Under the pieces are notes generated by a model, which saw only the letters and a program-made list of their open reading frames with translations, ran no database searches and was not told the DNA's origin. A stretch of DNA of 64,000 bases from a virus (taxonomy: Duplodnaviria; Caudoviricetes). The stretch lies in the IMG/VR virus record IMGVR_UViG_3300024346_000006; one strand, given 5' to 3'. The stretch's first letter is position 1. Every line of letters begins with the position of its first letter. Of this stretch, positions 36,684 to 45,081 are shown piece after piece. The position numbers and the translations under genes are program-made.

Positions 36684-38225
36684 ATGGCAGTCACTATCAA
36701 TGGTGGTAATTTAAGTACCAATTGTAAATATCTATCATACGGAGCATCTACGGCTGCAGCAGATGCGAAAACATTTCTTGTTGATATTACAGAAACCCTC
36801 ATCACAATGGGATGGACAAGATTTGATACAGCAGGAGCAGGACTCGTTCTAGGTACAGATGATAACTGTACTAGAGTTATTAGAAGACCAACTGCAGACA
36901 ATGCAACTTCTGGAAACTATCAATATCTTGGTATCACAATCTCACAAGGTGGAACAGCAAACGGTGGTGCAAACTACAGATTGCAATTCAATTATGCAGC
37001 AGATTGGACAGATGCAGCATCCGCAACAGGATATTCTAACCCAATCAGACTTCCTCATGGAACCGAAAGTAGTTGGTGGAAAAATGATGCTGGAGGCCCA
37101 TATGTAGATACAATGATTGGATATACTGCAGCTGGAACCATTTGGTTGTTTAACAGTCCTTACGCAACATCAATAGTATTTACAAATGCCGCACAGGTTA
37201 ATGACGGAACAAATGTTTTCTTCTTTGGAGAATACAACAAATCATTTGGTGAAAACATGCCGAGTGCAGGACAATATATCCACAATGGAATCTCATTTAA
37301 CGGAAGAGAACTTTGCGACCATGCTGGTGCAAACAGAGGAAACTCACCACTAATCTGTCAGTTGACAAATGGATATTCTTATAGTTATTATAGAGTCGAT
37401 GGTTGGAACAGTAACACCTATGGTGGTGCAAAGTCGATGGACGAAGGAAATATGTCTACAACCCAAAACAACTTTTCGTACCAAATCAACCAAAGAGGAT
37501 ATTCAAGACCACAATTTGTTCTAACTGAATATCCGACACATACAAATGGTTCGACTGGTAGAAGTGCTGGTAGAGGTATTGAAGGAACCCCAGAGGCATG
37601 GAACAACTCATATATTGGTGGTTGGAATACTCAATCTCCAACTAGATTGCATATGGGATGGTTAGGATGGGTTGGCCACCAAGGCCCAATGGCATATTGT
37701 CTGAGTTCTTATGGTACAACTTCAGGGACTCAGAACTCATCGACCTATCTGAATGGCGTAGGTAAAGCTTTCAATTCACACTTCTTTAATGGATTGGATT
37801 ATACTTGGGCTGGTGCAAAGGGTTGGTTGTCGGAATTTGGAGGTAAATCTCTTGACAGTCAAGATGATGGATTTGTAATATACGAACCATCTGTTAGTGT
37901 GGGTTCTACAGGAAAAATGGCCGGTACTAATATTTCCACAGGATTGAGCTGGCAAACAGGTAACTACACAAACACTAATTATACTCTTTATTCCGCATTC
38001 AATACACAGTCCTATGCTGGTACAAATATTAAATTCTCAGTAATGGGTAAAATTGCTGGTTTGAAGTTGTCTATGGGATTTTCAGACAACTTCATTGCAT
38101 TCTTGGATGCTGCATCAATTCCTGTTGACGCTGGTGGATATTTCCAGACAGGTGGTACTGACACAGATCACTGGTGTATTCCACTCAATGAAGGTGGCCA
38201 GGTTGTAATGTGGATGCCAAAATAA
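36684..38225 (+). CDS. Late virion-associated Gly/Asn/Ser-rich protein, cassette 2 gene B
   Basis: 513 aa, late promoter, positional equivalent of 32479-33600. Confidence 0.55.
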   Translation: MAVTINGGNLSTNCKYLSYGASTAAADAKTFLVDITETLITMGWTRFDTAGAGLVLGTDDNCTRVIRRPTADNATSGNYQYLGITISQGGTANGGANYRLQFNYAADWTDAASATGYSNPIRLPHGTESSWWKNDAGGPYVDTMIGYTAAGTIWLFNSPYATSIVFTNAAQVNDGTNVFFFGEYNKSFGENMPSAGQYIHNGISFNGRELCDHAGANRGNSPLICQLTNGYSYSYYRVDGWNSNTYGGAKSMDEGNMSTTQNNFSYQINQRGYSRPQFVLTEYPTHTNGSTGRSAGRGIEGTPEAWNNSYIGGWNTQSPTRLHMGWLGWVGHQGPMAYCLSSYGTTSGTQNSSTYLNGVGKAFNSHFFNGLDYTWAGAKGWLSEFGGKSLDSQDDGFVIYEPSVSVGSTGKMAGTNISTGLSWQTGNYTNTNYTLYSAFNTQSYAGTNIKFSVMGKIAGLKLSMGFSDNFIAFLDAASIPVDAGGYFQTGGTDTDHWCIPLNEGGQVVMWMPK

Positions 38226-38237
38226 AGAGTCGTATAA

Positions 38238-38756
38238 ATGGCAACGTTAACAGATACCATACCTAATATTACATATGCAGATGACCCTGTAATTACTGCA
38301 GTTACAGGATATACATTTGATACTCAGATGGAATCATATGATTCTTCTGCGGTAGAGTATAATGGAGAAGTCACATACTTACTAGAAAAAACTAGTAGTC
38401 AAATAAATTGGACTGCAGATGAAAATTTTGGTGGATTAGAGGCAAATAGTAATAATGTTCTGGATTCTTCTTTAGTAGAATATACAGGACAGTTAACTGG
38501 TTATCAAATTAAAACCAGTTCTCAGTCGAATTTGAATTTTAATAGTTATGCAATAATAGAAATAGAAAATAATACTTTAACACAAGAACCTTCGTTTACT
38601 GGACAATTACAGTTTACTATTGTAAAAGTGAGTTCTGCAATTCCATTCACTGGTTTTACACATGCATCAAGTTCATTTGGAGAAGGTACTGGAGCATCAA
38701 CAACCACAGGAACCGGCCCAACACAAGACGATAGTTACGAAATTTTAATACAATAG
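38238..38756 (+). CDS. Late protein with degenerate internal repeats, cassette 2 gene C
   Basis: Repeats DSS.VEY.G...Y..KTSSQ.N; Gly/Thr linker before a short C-terminus. Confidence 0.55.
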   Translation: MATLTDTIPNITYADDPVITAVTGYTFDTQMESYDSSAVEYNGEVTYLLEKTSSQINWTADENFGGLEANSNNVLDSSLVEYTGQLTGYQIKTSSQSNLNFNSYAIIEIENNTLTQEPSFTGQLQFTIVKVSSAIPFTGFTHASSSFGEGTGASTTTGTGPTQDDSYEILIQ

Positions 38757-38766
38757 GAGATAAAAA

Positions 38767-39117
38767 ATGGCAACAGCAGAAGAATGGACAAATTTTGTAG
38801 GGGGCAATCTCCCAACAGATATGGCCAAAGTTTATATTTACAAAACAGAACTCGCAGAAGGAGAGTTTCTAAGGAAACTTGCAGGCGAATGTATTAGTGG
38901 AATGATTCTAATTCTAAATCCAAATAATGATGAAGTGAACGAACCAATTGTTCTTACTAATGCCCAACCTCATACTAGTGCTGAAAGATGGACATTAGTA
39001 AAAGAATTTGACAATGTATCTAAACTGGATTTAGCTGTGGTAATTGAGGAGGAACCAGAAATGCCCCCACATGAAGATCCAAATTGGGAAGGCGAAGGCG
39101 AGGCATATAGTTACTAA
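38767..39117 (+). CDS. Hypothetical acidic protein
   Basis: 116 aa with aggaga RBS. Confidence 0.6.
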   Translation: MATAEEWTNFVGGNLPTDMAKVYIYKTELAEGEFLRKLAGECISGMILILNPNNDEVNEPIVLTNAQPHTSAERWTLVKEFDNVSKLDLAVVIEEEPEMPPHEDPNWEGEGEAYSY

Positions 39118-39134
39118 TACTACAATTAGAAGAT

Positions 39135-39165
39135 AAAAAATAGGGGATTTAATCCCCTATTTTTT
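39135..39165. terminator. Bidirectional intrinsic terminator between convergent genes
   Basis: Perfect inverted repeat aaaaaataggggatt-t-aatcccctatttttt. Confidence 0.85.
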
Positions 39166-39864
39166 TGGCAAATACCTTTCTGCAAGTGGAAACACTTCAG
39201 AAATCACTTTCGCACATTGATGTGCAATTTGCATATGTTCTTTTTGAGTTCCGTTTGCACCACGGAGTTCGATATAATGAATCCAGCTACGAATACTTCC
39301 CTTCATATACAGTCTGGTTTTTGTAAGGCCTTCTGGAAGTAGAGCTCTTGCCTGTTCTTTTGCGATACCATTTTCAATCGCCCAGTCATATGCCTTTCGT
39401 GCAGTTTCAATAACACCAGATTGTCTTCTATTCCATTCTGCAATTAATTCCTGATGGCTGATATTTTGCACAAGACTTGGGTCAGTTTCAATCTCAATAG
39501 AGTTTTGTCTGTTTTCATGATCTTGCAATCTACATTCTCTCTTTACAAACATGTCTCCCATTTCTTTGGGATTTGCATACCTTTGTGAAAATTCTTGAAA
39601 TGAAAAACTACGGTGTCTCACCATTTGATGGGCAATGTCTCTAGTAGTTTCAATTTCCAAACAAACATCAACCATCTCAAATGGACTCCAATGTTTGTGT
39701 TTGATAAGATAAGAAATCAATCTACTATTAGTTTTTTTATTTGACTGATTCGCAGGGTTTGATACTTTTGCAGCATAAGCAATCAAGTCGGTTATATTTT
39801 CTAACTTGACTTCAAAATCATCATTGGGTTGAGTATAACTCACCAATTTTACTATGTTTAACAT
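39157..39864 (-). CDS. thyX: Flavin-dependent thymidylate synthase
   Basis: HWSPFE, RDIAHQMVRHRSFSFQEFSQRY ThyX motif, KEQARALLP. Confidence 0.95.
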   Translation of the reverse strand: MLNIVKLVSYTQPNDDFEVKLENITDLIAYAAKVSNPANQSNKKTNSRLISYLIKHKHWSPFEMVDVCLEIETTRDIAHQMVRHRSFSFQEFSQRYANPKEMGDMFVKRECRLQDHENRQNSIEIETDPSLVQNISHQELIAEWNRRQSGVIETARKAYDWAIENGIAKEQARALLPEGLTKTRLYMKGSIRSWIHYIELRGANGTQKEHMQIAHQCAKVISEVFPLAERYLPKK

Positions 39865-39872
39865 GAATTCTC

Positions 39873-41117
39873 CTATTCTAAATTCTCGTGGTCTTTAAGT
39901 TTTTCTCTTGACCAGTTCTCAATTGTATCGTGGGCGGTCGGTTTTTTTTTAAAATCGATTTTCATATCGACTTCTGATTCTTTAAATTCTTCTTCTGAAA
40001 GATGCGTTATATTTTCGCCCTTTTTTAATCTTCTATAATATCGTATACTTTGAGAACTTGCAATAACCAATAAAACAGCAAGAGGGTCAAAAACGAATAT
40101 TAAACACAAAATAACAAATCTAACAGCGTCTTCTAAAACTGTTTCATTTACATCATCATATGCGACCTCTGCAACATAACGGATTGGGCCAACTTCTGCC
40201 TCCAACTCTCTATAACTCTTTTCCAGTTCAATTTTTTCTTCATTTAATACTTGAGTTTCTTCAGTAGAAGTTCTAATCTTATTTTTTAAGATTTCTATTT
40301 GTGAAAGTTGAGATACAGATAATTCTAGAACACCAATCTGCGACTTCAACCTATTAATTAACTCTGTACTTTTATTTCTTTCTTCTCTTTGGTTGTCTCT
40401 TAATTCATTGACTCTTTTTCTAGCAGAAGCAATCAATTCACCAACACGTTCTTCTTCTTGTGTTCTAAACTCATCTACTTTTTTTGCAGTCGCACGGCCA
40501 TACTTTCCATCTGGATTTGTCCCTACAAGAGATTGCATAGCAACTACATCATTTTCTGCAAGATATTTTTCTAATAAATCTAAGTTCTTTCTTGCACCAT
40601 TTATAATTTCATTTTGTTCATCAACAAGCAACTGATAATCAGCAACCGCCTGTCTGACTCTATCCTCTTCTCTTTTAATCTCTGCATTTATTTCATCGTT
40701 TCTTACAGAGACAGAGTTTTCAATCTTTGTAATTTCTGCCTGAGAATCTGCAATGATATTATCATTGTTCTCAATCTTAGTAATTACAGTTTCTATCTGT
40801 GCAACGTTCTCTTTTGCATTAGAGGTTTGTTGAATGTGAGCCTTTGAAAGAAACCCGAAGATACCCAAACTGGTTATTAACATTAACACAATTACGGCAA
40901 AAGTCAAGTAACTTTTTAGAAAAAAATTAACTTTTTTCCAGTTCTCAGCTAACCATGCAGCAGTTAATACTTTTGCGACTTCTAGAACAGAAGCCATGAT
41001 TGCAGTAGGCAATACCGCAGCTGCAAATATTGTAACTAAACCAATAATAGAATAATAAGCAGCGACCGTTGATATTGCTATTGCAACCATAAGAAGCAAT
41101 ATTGAAAGAAACATCAA
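39873..41117 (-). CDS. Membrane protein with long coiled coil and a peptidoglycan-binding-like motif
   Basis: Three N-terminal TMs, coiled coil, MQSLVGTNPDGKYGRAT, C-terminal TM (IFVFDPLAVLL). Confidence 0.65.
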   Translation of the reverse strand: MMFLSILLLMVAIAISTVAAYYSIIGLVTIFAAAVLPTAIMASVLEVAKVLTAAWLAENWKKVNFFLKSYLTFAVIVLMLITSLGIFGFLSKAHIQQTSNAKENVAQIETVITKIENNDNIIADSQAEITKIENSVSVRNDEINAEIKREEDRVRQAVADYQLLVDEQNEIINGARKNLDLLEKYLAENDVVAMQSLVGTNPDGKYGRATAKKVDEFRTQEEERVGELIASARKRVNELRDNQREERNKSTELINRLKSQIGVLELSVSQLSQIEILKNKIRTSTEETQVLNEEKIELEKSYRELEAEVGPIRYVAEVAYDDVNETVLEDAVRFVILCLIFVFDPLAVLLVIASSQSIRYYRRLKKGENITHLSEEEFKESEVDMKIDFKKKPTAHDTIENWSREKLKDHENLE

Positions 41118-41145
41118 ATTCTCCGTTTTAAAAAAGTTATAATTA

Positions 41146-41159
41146 TATTTATATAAATA
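41146..41159. promoter_or_regulatory. Palindromic bidirectional late promoter TATTTATATAAATA
   Basis: TATAAATA on both strands between divergent genes 41117(-) and 41221(+). Confidence 0.75.
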
Positions 41160-41220
41160 ATAGAAACGATATTCTCATATTAAAGGTTTAAAATGGCAAT
41201 TAGTTAAATAAGGTAAAAAA

Positions 41221-41661
41221 ATGGCATATGAATATAGTTGTAAAATTTTAAGAATTGTTGATGGAGATACAGTGGATGTAGACATTGACTTAGGCTTTGG
41301 AATTTGGATGCACAGAGAAAGAGTTCGAATCATGGGAATCGACACTCCAGAATCTAGAACAAGAGATAAAGTAGAAAAACAGTTTGGACTTGCTGCAAAA
41401 GCATACCTAAAAGAATTACTTCCGATTGGTTCTATTCAAACGATCAAAACACAAAAAGACAAAACAGGAAAGTTTGGAAGAATTCTTGGAGATTTTGAAA
41501 TCGAATATAAAGATTCTAAAAATAACTTTTCAAAAAGAACTATTACTTCACTGATGCTAGACAACCATCATGCAGTCCCATATAAAGGACAGAGTAAAGA
41601 AGAGTTGGTAGAGTTACATCTCATAAATAGAGAGAAACTAAGAGAAAAAGATCTTATCTAA
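41221..41661 (+). CDS. Thermonuclease (SNase-like) family nuclease
   Basis: RIVDGDTVDVDIDLG...RVRIMGIDTPESR...DKTGKFGRILG. Confidence 0.85.
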   Translation: MAYEYSCKILRIVDGDTVDVDIDLGFGIWMHRERVRIMGIDTPESRTRDKVEKQFGLAAKAYLKELLPIGSIQTIKTQKDKTGKFGRILGDFEIEYKDSKNNFSKRTITSLMLDNHHAVPYKGQSKEELVELHLINREKLREKDLI

Positions 41662-41725
41662 TGCCTGCATCAAAAGCAAGAAAACTATCACAAATATTAC
41701 CCAAGGTAGTACTATTGCTGTTTAA

Positions 41726-42310
41726 TTAACCAGTAATCAAACCGTAAATTTCTTTCCAGTTTTGAACCCGAAGAGCGTTTCCGTTGTAACCGACATTGTG
41801 GTCATGGGCAATCAGAAGACTTTCCAATCCAACCCGAAGTCCGACATCTGCGTTCTCAGGTTTGTCTTCAACCCAGAAACAATCTGTACCAGCATACTCT
41901 AGAAGTGCTTCATCTTTGTCTGCACCAGTATCCAAATAAACATACCGTTCAAAGACACTATCTCCAAACAACTCCCGAAGGTTTTTAGTCCGTAGATGTT
42001 GTGCATACTGGTCGTTACTTAAACTAGTAATCGCATGGAAAATGTATCCATGTTCTTCGTGAAGTTTTTTCACATATTTGATTGCGTCCCGAAGAGGAGG
42101 CAACTTTCGAATCCAAGCACTTTCATTGAACATCCGACAAAGACGATTTGCTTCATTCTTAGTCAAACCGTACTTTAAATTCATTTTGTACTCGCCTTCA
42201 CAGACGGCTTCATAACCGTGACGAGTCATCCAACAGTCAAAGGCGTACTCCCAATCAAGGAGAACACCATCACAGTCAACTAATATTGTTTTTTCTTTTG
42301 TTGCTATCAT
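41726..42310 (-). CDS. HAD-family 5'(3')-deoxyribonucleotidase-like protein
   Basis: ILVDCDGVLLDW (DxD), ITSL, WVEDKPEN. Confidence 0.75.
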   Translation of the reverse strand: MIATKEKTILVDCDGVLLDWEYAFDCWMTRHGYEAVCEGEYKMNLKYGLTKNEANRLCRMFNESAWIRKLPPLRDAIKYVKKLHEEHGYIFHAITSLSNDQYAQHLRTKNLRELFGDSVFERYVYLDTGADKDEALLEYAGTDCFWVEDKPENADVGLRVGLESLLIAHDHNVGYNGNALRVQNWKEIYGLITG

Positions 42311-42341
42311 TCACACTCTTTCATAACTAACTTACATGTAT

Positions 42342-42370
42342 AATATAACCCTTTTCATCACAAATGTCAA
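42342..42370 (-). promoter_or_regulatory. Early promoter of the repeated family (TTGACA-17-TATATT)
   Basis: Shares TATATTATACATGTAA with copies at 13.4, 14.3 and 44.3 kb. Confidence 0.75.
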
Positions 42371-42398
42371 GCCTTTTGATGAAAAAATTTGATTTTTT

Positions 42399-42474
42399 TG
42401 GTGGGCCCAGTAGGATTTGAACCTACGGTCAATGCGTTATGAGCGCACGGCTTTAACCACTAAGCTATAGGCCC
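42399..42474 (-). tRNA. trnI: tRNA with CAT anticodon, most likely tRNA-Ile2 (lysidine type)
   Basis: Cloverleaf GGGCCTATAGCTTAGTGG...CTCATAA...TTCAAAT...GGGCCCACCA; G1-C72 and no GGG/CCC anticodon stem (not initiator); C4-G69 and C5-G68. Confidence 0.85.
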
Positions 42475-42483
42475 TATAAATCT

Positions 42484-42639
42484 TTACGCAGAGGTTTTCC
42501 CAGACTGAGATGCTGCTTCCATTCGTTTCTTGGCAAGCACCAAAGGTGAGTTTGGTTTACGTTTTGCACGATATGAACCATGCGAACTCATCTTTGCAGT
42601 TTTTCTTACCTTCCCACTAACTTTGATTGTCTTTGCCAT
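42484..42639 (-). CDS. Small basic protein (51 aa)
   Basis: Manual translation MAKTIKVSGKVRKTAKMSSHGSYRAKRKPNSPLVLAKKRMEAASQSGKTSA. Confidence 0.5.
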   Translation of the reverse strand: MAKTIKVSGKVRKTAKMSSHGSYRAKRKPNSPLVLAKKRMEAASQSGKTSA

Positions 42640-42809
42640 TATTTTCCATCCCAATTCATTTTGGTAACTTGTTTTTGTTTGATAATTTGGTTCTTGTCAA
42701 GAAATGATTTGCTATCACTCTTTAAAGAGTGATTGATAACTTTATCAATTCTACCACACTTCAGAAACTTATTAATCTTTTTAAGTTTTTTGTTTTTTAA
42801 GAATTTCAT
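42639..42809 (-). CDS. Small Lys-rich protein (56 aa)
   Basis: Manual translation MKFLKNKKLKKINKFLKCGR...; TAATG overlap with the next gene. Confidence 0.45.
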   Translation of the reverse strand: MKFLKNKKLKKINKFLKCGRIDKVINHSLKSDSKSFLDKNQIIKQKQVTKMNWDGK

Positions 42810-42857
42810 AAGGGTTATTTAGTAAATTTTTATGATTTTTTTGATCTTTTTAAATAT

Positions 42858-42931
42858 TGGCATCGGCGCACAGAGTCGAACTGCGGCTTCCAGTTTTGGA
42901 GACTGGCGTGCTACCGTAACACTTCCCCGAT
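42858..42931 (-). tRNA. trnW: tRNA-Trp (CCA)
   Basis: Anticodon arm CCAGT-CTCCAAA-ACTGG, T loop TTCGACT, encoded 3' CCA. Confidence 0.9.
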
Positions 42932-43032
42932 GTGATTAAAAATATTCACACAACTGCCACAATATCCAAAAGATAGGTATTGAGGAAAGCATTGCAATTC
43001 CAATAATTGCCTTTCCTAATTCGTGTTCGTCA

Positions 43033-43236
43033 TCATTCATCTTCTTCAACCGTCACACGATAACGTTTACCATTCTTATCCCACATCAACAAAGTCTTTT
43101 TCGTTGACTTCATCCATCCAGCAGGCGCAAGGTCAAACTTAATAGGGCCGACTTCCTCAATCAGTCCTTCAAAGTCTCCATCTCCTGTGAGAGATGTTTT
43201 GATACGATTTGCGATGTAATCACAATATGCTAACAT
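43033..43236 (-). CDS. Hypothetical phage protein
   Basis: 67 aa. Confidence 0.6.
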   Translation of the reverse strand: MLAYCDYIANRIKTSLTGDGDFEGLIEEVGPIKFDLAPAGWMKSTKKTLLMWDKNGKRYRVTVEEDE

Positions 43237-43244
43237 AAGTTCTC

Positions 43245-43481
43245 CTAGTGGAGTACAAACTCCAATTGTTCTGCAGTTTCTACCGAAGTGCGTTCTGAGT
43301 CAATGTCCTTTGCGATTTCATCAAACACTTCGTAGAATGCTTCTGAATCCTTAAAGAATTCTGAACATGTCCAATATGCATCTGCATCGACAAAATTCCA
43401 GTTAATAGAACCATCTTCGTTGATGTTCTCTTCTCGTTTAATTGCACAACGCATTGACGATTCTAACAATGAGTAAATCAT
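43245..43481 (-). CDS. Hypothetical acidic protein
   Basis: Probable start MIYSLL with aaggaaagga RBS. Confidence 0.55.
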   Translation of the reverse strand: MIYSLLESSMRCAIKREENINEDGSINWNFVDADAYWTCSEFFKDSEAFYEVFDEIAKDIDSERTSVETAEQLEFVLH

Positions 43482-43494
43482 ATTAATCCTTTCC

Positions 43495-43845
43495 TTAATC
43501 CAACCGACTTCCAGCGTAGGCAACGAAACCATACTTTTGAAGAACCCCTGCGGCCGCACGAGCACCCGCTTCCAGAGTATCAACATTTTGCGTAGGAAAC
43601 TTTGAAGGATTCCATACTGAGAAAACTCGTTCCCAATTTTGATCGATACCAGCGGATTTCAACGCACGACCAATCTTGGTGTTACCTTTAAGTTTCTGTC
43701 CTTGGTATTCGTAAATATTTACCCAAGCAAAACCACACATACCCCAACCATTGTTTGGGAAGTATTTGTTTTCGAATTCCGAAGCTGCCTCATAAGCGGC
43801 GGTATGAGCTTCGGACATCATCTGAGAAATTTGAGAAACGTTCAT
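43495..43845 (-). CDS. Hypothetical phage protein
   Basis: 116 aa, WGMCGFAWVNI...YAGSRLD. Confidence 0.65.
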   Translation of the reverse strand: MNVSQISQMMSEAHTAAYEAASEFENKYFPNNGWGMCGFAWVNIYEYQGQKLKGNTKIGRALKSAGIDQNWERVFSVWNPSKFPTQNVDTLEAGARAAAGVLQKYGFVAYAGSRLD

Positions 43846-43870
43846 AATGTATATCTCCTATTGGAAGTTA

Positions 43871-44224
43871 TTAAAGGTAAAGGGGGCCAGTCCATTGAAT
43901 AGTGTAACCACCATCCATGATGTTACCACGGGCAGCATTCCGAGCAGGAGCAGCCCAACCAGCAGCTTTCAAGATATCACCCTTGCGGAATTTTTTGTCA
44001 TTTTCAGTATTGACAATAAAACCCCAAACGGATTTACTAGAGAAAACTTTGATGTACTTGTTACCAACTTTGTAGTGAAGTTCATCATTAAACTCTGTAA
44101 TCATTTTTTTGTTGATGTCAGTAAGTTCACCATCAGTATCAAGTTTCCTACGAGCACAACGACTAGTCCACTCAAAGTAGTCTTTCTTGATGTTCTCTAA
44201 AAGGGTTTCTATCTGTTCGTTCAT
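43871..44224 (-). CDS. Hypothetical early phage protein
   Basis: 117 aa, GDILKAAGWAAPARNAARGNI; directly after the promoter at 44258-44286. Confidence 0.7.
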   Translation of the reverse strand: MNEQIETLLENIKKDYFEWTSRCARRKLDTDGELTDINKKMITEFNDELHYKVGNKYIKVFSSKSVWGFIVNTENDKKFRKGDILKAAGWAAPARNAARGNIMDGGYTIQWTGPLYL

Positions 44225-44257
44225 AATTTATCCTCTATCAATCAACCTTACATGTAT

Positions 44258-44286
44258 AATATAAGGTATTTGAACCCAAATGTCAA
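44258..44286 (-). promoter_or_regulatory. Early promoter of the repeated family (TTGACA-17-TATATT)
   Basis: Minus strand TTGACAtttgggttcaaatacctTATATTatacatgtaagg. Confidence 0.8.
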
Positions 44287-44307
44287 GCTTTTTCGAAAAA
44301 AAGATTT

Positions 44308-44369
44308 CCTTTAAAATCAATAACTTATGATTTTTTTTGATCTTTTTTTTAAGTTATTGATTTTAAAGG
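44308..44369. repeat. Perfect 20-bp inverted repeat upstream of an early promoter
   Basis: cctttaaaatcaataactta (44308-44327) / taagttattgattttaaagg (44350-44369). Confidence 0.85.
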
Positions 44370-44419
44370 AAAAAAAAGTCCTTGAAAACCAAAGACTTAT
44401 AATTTTTTTTATTTTTTTA

Positions 44420-45064
44420 TCAAATCCAGTCAATATTGACGTTAATTACCGCTCTCAAATGCGAATTTATTGGATTTTGTCCTGTATGAAGGATAGAACC
44501 ATCGAAGAAAACGATTCTGTTCTTTTTACTCTCAACTCTGTGTTCTATCTCTAGAGGAGAGTTCTTATCTTTACTTTCATCAGTAAAAAATATGGTATGG
44601 CCATCATTATCATTTATATAATAGATGAATGAAATATGTTTGGCCATAGTGTCTACATGAGGCACATTAAAATAGGTAGGTTTATTATTTGTCAATTGAG
44701 TTTGTAAGTTGCATTTTGCTCTTTGAACAGGGACTCTTTCGACACCAAAATGCGAATCCATTTTAAAAAGAATTTTGGATAGGTACTCTTTGTAAAAATT
44801 TTGAGAAACAACTTCTCTTTCTTTGACGATATGATGAACCGCTTGAACTCCATCATTTACCAGTGGATGGTTGTGAAGTCCAAACGGATCGCCTTTAATA
44901 ACTGTGGAAAAATTGTCTTTTCGTTTTGCTTCTGCATAACCAAAGTACCAAGGAAATTGATAATCTAGACAAAGGTCTTCCATGTCATTTGCGGTTCTTT
45001 CATCTAAAAAAGAATCAATTACTAGATATTTTTCCCCTCTGAGAATACTACTCGCATATGTCAT
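44420..45064 (-). CDS. 2OG-Fe(II) oxygenase family protein
   Basis: PHVDT (HxD), FIYYINDNDGHT.FF, FFDGSILHTG, RAVINVN. Confidence 0.8.
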   Translation of the reverse strand: MTYASSILRGEKYLVIDSFLDERTANDMEDLCLDYQFPWYFGYAEAKRKDNFSTVIKGDPFGLHNHPLVNDGVQAVHHIVKEREVVSQNFYKEYLSKILFKMDSHFGVERVPVQRAKCNLQTQLTNNKPTYFNVPHVDTMAKHISFIYYINDNDGHTIFFTDESKDKNSPLEIEHRVESKKNRIVFFDGSILHTGQNPINSHLRAVINVNIDWI

Positions 45065-45081
45065 TACAAAACTTTCTTTAA

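Noticed and set aside
31459-38756. Diversity-generating retroelement acting on the fibre genes
   Set aside because: No reverse transcriptase in the window, and no repeat pair differing only at adenines was seen; the paralogues diverge at all bases.
42399-42474. Initiator tRNA-fMet
   Set aside because: It has a G1-C72 pair and lacks the three consecutive G-C pairs in the anticodon stem.
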